Source: a virus
Taxonomy: Duplodnaviria; Heunggongvirae; Uroviricota; Caudoviricetes
Virus record (IMG/VR): IMGVR_UViG_3300029288_000128
Coordinates: 26,152-90,151 of that record
DNA: 64,000 nucleotides
Direction: 5' to 3' (one strand)
Shown here: one piece after another, positions 57,760-64,000 of the stretch
How positions within the stretch are numbered: position 1 is the first letter of the stretch
How the letters are laid out: the number at the start of each line of letters is the position of its first letter
Program-made: the position numbers and the translations under genes
The notes under the pieces: generated by a model
The model's database searches: none
Seen by the model: the letters and a program-made list of their open reading frames with translations, nothing else
Told to the model about the DNA's origin: nothing

Positions 57760-58455
57760 TTAAACATTGTCAATCATAGTCTTGACAATACTATTAAATT
57801 TATAACAGTTTGATTTGCGTCTAAGACGCCTCCATCTAAAGCCATAGACTATCATTGCACTAGGTGAAGTTTTATATCGATTGCCTTTCGTATACTTAGG
57901 AGCTGAACTATACTTTATCTTTGAAATTAATTCAACACTTATATTATTCTCCATCATTTCTTTCTGGATAGCCATAAGCGTACCGAACTCGATTACTTCT
58001 CGAGCTGTACCCTTTGGTATGAATGTTTCCCTACCCATAAACAATGTAATAAACAAGTGTCCATTGTCCTCCATGATATTATATAGCTCAGCTATATCAT
58101 CAAGCTTGGGCTGTGAAAAACTTCCACAATAGTCTAGCCATATACAATCGAAATTGTCGCTCGACTTACGACAAAACTCTTGTATGCTATACGTATACTG
58201 GTCTGACCTGTCCATCTTCTTAGCTACTAATGGATCATTATCCAATGACGCCATCTTAGTTCTAGTCTTACGATGAACAAGATCATACATCTCTCCGTTA
58301 CCATAGAGATCTAGGTAACGTTTGCTTCTACGTACATAAGCTAAAATAAAAGAGCGAACACGCTCTTTAGATTTAGATATGAATTGCATTCTACTTGCCG
58401 AATGTTTCATATTTATTTTACTTATTTTTTCTTGAAGCGTGATGCTCCAGGGCAA
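57760..58455 (-). CDS. hypothetical protein (weak methyltransferase motif I-like IWLDYCGSF)
   Basis: ORF. Confidence 0.25.
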   Translation of the reverse strand: MPWSITLQEKISKINMKHSASRMQFISKSKERVRSFILAYVRRSKRYLDLYGNGEMYDLVHRKTRTKMASLDNDPLVAKKMDRSDQYTYSIQEFCRKSSDNFDCIWLDYCGSFSQPKLDDIAELYNIMEDNGHLFITLFMGRETFIPKGTAREVIEFGTLMAIQKEMMENNISVELISKIKYSSAPKYTKGNRYKTSPSAMIVYGFRWRRLRRKSNCYKFNSIVKTMIDNV

Positions 58456-58667
58456 TTAATAAAATGATTGACCCAACCATCTGGTGTTTTTACTATTGGT
58501 GCACGACGGTTATGTTTAGTTAACGCCCAGTACATAACAGCCCCACACGCCTTGCAGCGTGTAGGACTGTTTGTTACCATGTCAACAACATCACCGTTAG
58601 ATAATGTTATTAACATATATTTATAATCGTGCCTTCCCAGTATCAAGATAATTCTTGATCTCATCAT
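58422..58667 (-). CDS. small zinc-ribbon protein
   Basis: CKACG...CPG. Confidence 0.3.
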   Translation of the reverse strand: MMRSRIILILGRHDYKYMLITLSNGDVVDMVTNSPTRCKACGAVMYWALTKHNRRAPIVKTPDGWVNHFINCPGASRFKKK

Positions 58668-58926
58668 TACCTGAATCTGAATGATTTATAGAAGCCACTC
58701 CAATACGACTTCTCTTTAGAATTGCTACCTTGTACAATTTACTTCCAAGTAATTGCTTAGCAATTTTATAAACTTCTTTAGCTTCAATATCAAAACCTTC
58801 AGCTATGCCATGAACTGATTCTGTAGATATAAAACTATCTACTATTGATTTGTAATCTTGTGCTTGCTTCTTTGATAATCCAGCTGGCATTTTATAAACT
58901 GGAATAATAAATTTTCTTGAACTCAT
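58621..58926 (-). CDS. hypothetical protein
   Basis: ORF. Confidence 0.25.
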   Translation of the reverse strand: MSSRKFIIPVYKMPAGLSKKQAQDYKSIVDSFISTESVHGIAEGFDIEAKEVYKIAKQLLGSKLYKVAILKRSRIGVASINHSDSGNDEIKNYLDTGKARL

Positions 58927-58944
58927 AATGTTTAATTAAATTAA

Positions 58945-59823
58945 TTATTTACCTTGCACTGATCCTGTCTCGACTGGGATAGGACCATAATTATTATTAG
59001 CTACGTATTGACCATTCCATTTCTCAATACGTTTCATCTCGACTTGAATCTGAAGCTTACGCAATTCAATGTCCCAGTTCTTAGCGACTGATTCATTATA
59101 CTTACGAAGACCTTCACCCTCTAAAGCTTTGGCTTCAGCCTGCAACTGTGTTGCTTGCTTATCAGCCTCAGCTTCTTTAACTTTTTTCTGAGCTTGCTGT
59201 TGAGTAATTAATAATTCCTGTTCAGCTTGTTTCACTTGCTGAGCACGCTCCATAGTGGTCTTAATTTGCTTGTCGAAGTCATCAGACCAATCATAATTAG
59301 TAACCTTAAGTTCAGTTATACCTACTGGATAACCTGACATTTTTGACTTGACTAATTCATAGGTCTTAGCTCGAATCTCATCTTGCTTAACAGGCAATTC
59401 AAATATAGTATAGTTACCTATTACTCCCTTGAAACTTTCCTTAAGTGTAGTTGATATAATAGATGTAAGTTTCTCTGTACCATAATCTTTATATACACTG
59501 ACCAATTTATTTTGATCATAAGAATAAAAGATTGTCATGTCTGCACCTATAGTTTGATTGTCCTTTGTGATTGCTCCACCAGTACCTACTTCAACTTTGT
59601 CATCCAATTGAATTGGACGAATAGTAATTTCTTTTATACTCTCAACGAATGGCATCATGCCATTGAAGCCTTGATCTAATACTGTGTCTTGAATGGCACC
59701 CATTCTAAACTTCAAACCTTTATTACCTGCGTCAACAATCTCGAATGGTTTGAATATCAAAAACAAAACAAGGCATACCACAAAGGCAATGCCATACTTA
59801 ACTAACTTGTTCATTGGACTCAT
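58945..59823 (-). CDS. SPFH/band-7 (prohibitin-like) domain membrane protein
   Basis: N-terminal TM, then an SPFH-like core (ITIRPIQLDDKVEVGT...MTIFYSY...) and a C-terminal coiled coil (QQAQKKVKEAEADKQATQLQAEAKALE). Confidence 0.5.
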   Translation of the reverse strand: MSPMNKLVKYGIAFVVCLVLFLIFKPFEIVDAGNKGLKFRMGAIQDTVLDQGFNGMMPFVESIKEITIRPIQLDDKVEVGTGGAITKDNQTIGADMTIFYSYDQNKLVSVYKDYGTEKLTSIISTTLKESFKGVIGNYTIFELPVKQDEIRAKTYELVKSKMSGYPVGITELKVTNYDWSDDFDKQIKTTMERAQQVKQAEQELLITQQQAQKKVKEAEADKQATQLQAEAKALEGEGLRKYNESVAKNWDIELRKLQIQVEMKRIEKWNGQYVANNNYGPIPVETGSVQGK

Positions 59824-59933
59824 AGAGTTTATTTTTTACGTTTATTAAATTTGTAATCAATAAATTTGATTACTCCATAGAAGACAGCGCATAGCACTGC
59901 CAATTCCATGATTCTAATTAATGCTACCATAGG

Positions 59934-60155
59934 TTATTGCATTAATTCGTGAAGAACATGTCTTGCGATTAGATCATCACGAAATTTTTTAATTGCATCA
60001 TCTCGATCATCAGCCATGAATGGCCCTGATCTTACCTTAACGAATGGTGACTCATCCGCATCTTCAAGATCACGCTTATCAAAATAACGCTTAGCTTGAA
60101 TATGCCCATTGGTATGGAGATAACACCACCATTCAAATTGTTCAGACATAATCAA
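59934..60155 (-). CDS. hypothetical protein
   Basis: ORF. Confidence 0.25.
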   Translation of the reverse strand: MIMSEQFEWWCYLHTNGHIQAKRYFDKRDLEDADESPFVKVRSGPFMADDRDDAIKKFRDDLIARHVLHELMQ

Positions 60156-60640
60156 TGAGGATAGATATCCTGTGATAATTTATTAAGTTTTCTAGACTGG
60201 CCCGACCAACCAGTCTTAGTCTTGGCCCGGATGTCACCATCAACATACCAGAACTTCTTGCCCTGTTTTAAATTGCTTAATGCTTTCTTCGTAACTTGGC
60301 TTGCCTTTACAATGCGAAACCAAGTAGGAAGAATGCCTCGCTTGACAGGGAGATCATATAATTCTCGGTACTGTCTGGCTGACATACCATGCCTTTGGCG
60401 TATGTGCGTTCCTACTTGCACATACCATCTATGACAAACTAAACACTTTACTTTGTCAGGAGAAGCAACTAATGCTAACCTGTCTTGTTTGTCTCGTAGC
60501 CACTTAGCGCTTTGCTTAGCGTGCTTGCGACTATGGTATAGCATTCTGCATTCTCCTGAACAAAATGTTCTGAACCTTTTTGTTTTGATTGTACCACCGC
60601 ATTGAAGACAAGTTTCCCTTGTCTTTACTTTCCAAGACAT
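60152..60640 (-). CDS. MucR/Ros-like zinc-finger transcriptional regulator
   Basis: CLVCHRWYVQVGTHIRQRHGMSARQYRELYDLPVKRGILP matches the Ros/MucR C2H2-type signature. Confidence 0.45.
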   Translation of the reverse strand: MSWKVKTRETCLQCGGTIKTKRFRTFCSGECRMLYHSRKHAKQSAKWLRDKQDRLALVASPDKVKCLVCHRWYVQVGTHIRQRHGMSARQYRELYDLPVKRGILPTWFRIVKASQVTKKALSNLKQGKKFWYVDGDIRAKTKTGWSGQSRKLNKLSQDIYPH

Positions 60641-60918
60641 ACTTTCTTTGTAGCTTTATTCCAATCATTAAAAACTATCTTCATGATATCAGAACAAATC
60701 AAAGCTTTTTGCATCTCGCGTCTATCCTTCTTACTCCATTCAGTCTGACTTAAATGTTTATTATCCTTACGCAACTTAGAAATGTAACTAACATTACCTT
60801 TCTCATAATACTTAAGTGCCAGATAAATAATAGCCAGCATTCTTTTTGACAACTTAATAGTCTCAAGCTTTGCCTTTACTTCTGATTTTGTCGAAGTAAC
60901 TATCTTGTCTTTTTTCAT
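60625..60918 (-). CDS. hypothetical protein
   Basis: ORF. Confidence 0.25.
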   Translation of the reverse strand: MKKDKIVTSTKSEVKAKLETIKLSKRMLAIIYLALKYYEKGNVSYISKLRKDNKHLSQTEWSKKDRREMQKALICSDIMKIVFNDWNKATKKVCLGK

Positions 60919-61159
60919 AAAGATGTTTATTGAAGAATGAAATCCACTCTTTATCAGAGCACCTTCTGGTTCTCCAACCTTTATTATAATAAATTATTAT
61001 CAAATCGCTGACAGTCTCACCATTAAGATAAACATAATGATGTTGGAATCTATCAGCTTCTTCTTCGAAATCTAGGAAGACTCGCATTGCTTTCTTCCTG
61101 ACTTCACTAGCATTAAGATCATGATTAATCTTAACTCGTTCTATGATTTGTTTCTTCAT
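60863..61159 (-). CDS. hypothetical protein
   Basis: ORF. Confidence 0.25.
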   Translation of the reverse strand: MKKQIIERVKINHDLNASEVRKKAMRVFLDFEEEADRFQHHYVYLNGETVSDLIIIYYNKGWRTRRCSDKEWISFFNKHLYEKRQDSYFDKIRSKGKA

Positions 61160-61162
61160 AAG

Positions 61163-62195
61163 TTAACCTTTGACTACGGCCAATGGTGTAAGCTCTACCA
61201 TGATCTCAACGAGATCTGATTGAGCAGCCATGACTTCGTCTATGTTTTTATAAGCTGATGCCGCTTCTTCAAGATCAGCTTGATTTCTTATGCCATGAAT
61301 AACACCCATGTCATCAAGCTTCTTGATTTCATCTGCTAGATTAAGCGTTGCTACTGCTTGCTTTCTTCCAAGCATTCGACCTGCTCCATGTGAGCATGAT
61401 TGGAAGCTATGTATATTACCTAAACCTTTAACAATATACGACTTACTACCTTGACTACCAGGTATGATTCCTATTGTCCCATTCTGAGCAAGCGTTGCAC
61501 CTTTACGATGGACCATTACATTATGTCCGAAATGATTTTCCATTCGTGCATAATTGTGTGCGATGTTAATCTGGTCATAAAAGAATGAAGGAACAACTCC
61601 GTTCATCCAATCGTGATGATTGAAACCATCGTCGTGAACAGGAATAATATCCAAAAATATTTTGCATATTCTATTCATCATCAACTTTCGATTAGCCAAA
61701 GCAAAGTCAACACAATAATTCATTTCTCTGATATACGCTTGTCCTTCTTCGCTGTCTATTGGCAAAAAAGCTAAATCCCATTCTTTGGGTACTTGACTAT
61801 ACCATTTTTTATTTAACTCTTTAGCTATATTATTATAATGGTCTGCTACCTGTTTGCCAAGATTTCTTGAACCGCTATGTATCATAATCCAAATATGTCC
61901 ATCTGAACCTTTTTGAATTTCAATGAAGTGATTACCTCCACCAAGAGTACCAATTTGTTTTAATGCTGAACTATATTGGCTATTAACAATAGGTAGATCA
62001 CCGACAAATGGAGCTTTGTTTTTCTGAGATGTTATTGAACTCACAAATGGCATAAGACTTTCGTCTTGTGCATCTTTGTTATGATTCTTACCGACAGGAA
62101 TCTGTCTTCTGATCTCACCCATTATCTTTTTCAAGGTAATGGTATCGATCTCAGTGAGCGAAGTCTTAACTGCACACATGCCACAACCGATGTCG
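61163..62195 (-). CDS. rtcB: RNA-splicing ligase RtcB, exon 2
   Basis: DIGCGM at the exon start; GGGNHFIEIQ, HNYARMENH, SCSHGAGR are RtcB signature motifs. Confidence 0.6.
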
Positions 62196-62885
62196 CATTT
62201 GGACTATACCTTCAATATCTTCATTTGGGCCTGTAACCCATCAGATATGCTCGCCGTGTTAATGATGTAACCTGTGGCACCTCGCGCAAAGAAGTATACA
62301 TTTCTTTAATTCTTTTAATATTCTTTCACGAGAATATCTATCAAGTGAAACTGCATTTAATGCAAATAACTTTTTAGAAGGATTTTTATGATGAAAATCA
62401 AATGCTCTACCGTTTGTTCCATCACATAAATATCCACAGTCTTCGCACTTATTTCCTTTTATAGATATTAATTCAAGTTTTAGTTTGGTAATTCTTTTGT
62501 TTCTATATTCGTGTCTTCCTTTTTTATTTCTATGATTCCATTCTCTTTTATATTGCATTGGATCATTATATTTTCTTCCATTATGACCATTAACGAAACG
62601 TTTATCCCTACCAAACCTATCCTTGTCTTTGATAATTTCTCCGCATCCGCAAGAACATTTTATTTCTTTAGCATTAGCGTAAACCTTATCAAAGTATCGT
62701 TGTTTTATTGTATTATTCATACAATAATTATACCACAACCTATATCATTCCGCAAAATACACTACAGGTTATTTTGCAAGTCTCTGAACCATTTGACTAT
62801 GTTGCCATAATCTCTGGCTGCTGATTGCCCTTTCGGGGTTCCAGCAATTGAGCGAGTTTTTTATAGTTGGAGCCGACGTTACTTA
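62196..62885 (-). mobile_element. group I intron (690 nt) in rtcB carrying an HNH endonuclease ORF
   Basis: Exon 1 ends ...GGG GT (terminal U); intron's last nt is G (minus-strand 62196); joining restores AVGV-DIGCGM, matching the conserved RtcB sequence. Confidence 0.5.
62259..62738 (-). CDS. HNH homing endonuclease (intron-encoded)
   Basis: FDFHHKNP...CILLCARCHRLHH. Confidence 0.55.
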   Translation of the reverse strand: MWYNYCMNNTIKQRYFDKVYANAKEIKCSCGCGEIIKDKDRFGRDKRFVNGHNGRKYNDPMQYKREWNHRNKKGRHEYRNKRITKLKLELISIKGNKCEDCGYLCDGTNGRAFDFHHKNPSKKLFALNAVSLDRYSRERILKELKKCILLCARCHRLHH

Positions 62886-63103
62886 ACCCCAACTGCATTG
62901 GGAATGATTTCATTATAAGTTGCAAGCACGCCACCTATCGGCATGCCGTATCCTTGATGACAGTCAGGCATAATGGCTATGTGCTTGAAAGCAAATGGAA
63001 GTCTAGCTAATTGATCTATCTGTGCATAAGCACCTGGTTCGATAGGATCACACCAAGACTTCACATTTACTTTCCAATCTGCACCTATGATTTCTTTAAT
63101 CAT
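62886..63103 (-). CDS. rtcB: RNA-splicing ligase RtcB, exon 1
   Basis: LARLPFAFKHIAIMPDCHQGYGMPIGGVLAT...IIPNAVGV matches the RtcB N-terminus (MPDxHxGxGxxIGxV...AVGVDIGCGM). Confidence 0.55.
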
Positions 63104-63303
63104 TTGATTATGAATTCATGAATTAACTTTAGAAACTTAGCAAGATCTTTCTTGCAAAACTTGAATGACCAAGTATATACAAAGGGTCGACCGCTTCCTT
63201 TGTATACATGCCAAGGATTAGTAATACGTATACTAACACTGGCCCAATGCTTGAGCTGTTGATGACAAGTCTCACAAGTTTCTGTTTTAGTTGACTGTAT
63301 CAT
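63100..63303 (-). CDS. hypothetical protein
   Basis: ORF. Confidence 0.25.
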   Translation of the reverse strand: MIQSTKTETCETCHQQLKHWASVSIRITNPWHVYKGSGRPFVYTWSFKFCKKDLAKFLKLIHEFIIK

Positions 63304-63634
63304 ACGGTTTTAACTTATACTTTTTTAATAATTCTTTTGTTAAGATAAGATTGTCGCAATTAATTTTTGCTAAATCTTTTTGACAAACCATCATAAAATA
63401 TAATGGAGATGTAATACCATAATCATATAGCTTACTAACCAATACATTATGCCATTCTTTATCAACATATGTTTGAATAACATATTGATATGGCATTTTA
63501 TATCCTCGTGTATGTAGGTCAGGGTCTCGATTCCATTTACTTAATACTGGATCATCGGCAATCATTCTAAAGATACGTCCTTTCTTAGATCGAATGTACT
63601 TAGTAAACACTCTTCTAGTCATAATCTCGTACAC
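63287..63634 (-). CDS. hypothetical protein
   Basis: ORF. Confidence 0.25.
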   Translation of the reverse strand: MYEIMTRRVFTKYIRSKKGRIFRMIADDPVLSKWNRDPDLHTRGYKMPYQYVIQTYVDKEWHNVLVSKLYDYGITSPLYFMMVCQKDLAKINCDNLILTKELLKKYKLKPYDTVN

Positions 63635-64000
63635 TTATACCTACAGGAAATCTAGGAATGCCTGTGTCCGAAAGTTCTTGAAAGCGTACTGTCAATTTCT
63701 TGCCGATAAGTTTGTTAACATCCTTAAGCCAAAGCTTACGCTGTTCAAATGAACCGCGAGGACGTACCGCAAACACTTGGCCTTTCTTATTCTTAACATT
63801 GAATATGATACAGTCGACCTCTGTACCAGTACTAGATACTCCGCCTATGATTTCAAATTCTTCATCTTGAAACTCTTTATACTTCTGAAGATCAGCAGAG
63901 CGTTTCTTTAAAGCATATAAGCCAGCTTTATTTCTAACCATGATACCTTCGTATCCATCTGAAATATATTCGCTATGCTTATCCATGCCTTGAGCTTCGT
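63615..64000 (-). CDS. ATP-dependent DNA/RNA ligase, C-terminal part (5' end beyond window)
   Basis: Frame open to the window edge; DGYEGIMVRNKAGLY and LKKRS resemble nucleotidyltransferase motifs IV-V, followed by an OB-like domain. Confidence 0.4.
   Translation of the reverse strand, partial: EAQGMDKHSEYISDGYEGIMVRNKAGLYALKKRSADLQKYKEFQDEEFEIIGGVSSTGTEVDCIIFNVKNKKGQVFAVRPRGSFEQRKLWLKDVNKLIGKKLTVRFQELSDTGIPRFPVGISVRDYD

Noticed and set aside
1-64000. Signs of temperate lifestyle or a defence island (integrase, excisionase, attL/attR repeats, CRISPR, toxin-antitoxin)
   Set aside because: None was recognised. The head module, tRNA array and endonuclease density fit a virulent phage genome segment.

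Overview
This window looks like an AT-rich segment of a large virulent dsDNA phage genome. No integrase, att sites or CRISPR array were seen. Genes run on the plus strand from about 0.2 to 36 kb and on the minus strand from 36.1 kb to the window end, with a bidirectional terminator at the convergent junction near 36.1 kb.

Plus-strand region:
- 0.9-15 kb: tail and tail-fiber genes, a papain-like peptidase and two paralogous GDAxL-repeat proteins.
- 15.8-29.6 kb: an early-type region served by three copies of a conserved sigma70-like promoter (TTGACA-N16-TGcTATACT), two of which give leaderless mRNAs. It holds a GroES-like protein, a stand-alone sigma region-4 protein, a Cas4-like nuclease, a family-4 UDG, an SSB-like protein with a DIPF tail, a DnaB-like ATPase, HU-like and RuvC-like proteins, glycosyltransferases, methyltransferases and many HNH endonucleases.
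- 29.6-35.8 kb: a tRNA array of about 14 tRNAs plus degenerate tRNA-like elements, interleaved with HNH genes and candidate structured RNAs.

Minus-strand region:
- A head module: small terminase; large terminase with an intein that carries a LAGLIDADG domain, inserted in the P-loop; portal; scaffold; and a putative major capsid gene split by two LAGLIDADG-containing introns.
- A MoxR AAA+ / VWA-metallopeptidase pair, a second UDG, an SPFH protein, a MucR/Ros-like regulator, an RtcB RNA ligase split by an HNH-containing group I intron, and the 3' part of an ATP-dependent ligase.
- A 16-bp palindrome, GTGAAkACGTmTTCAC, recurs six times across the window.

All calls come from reading the sequence; no database searches were run.
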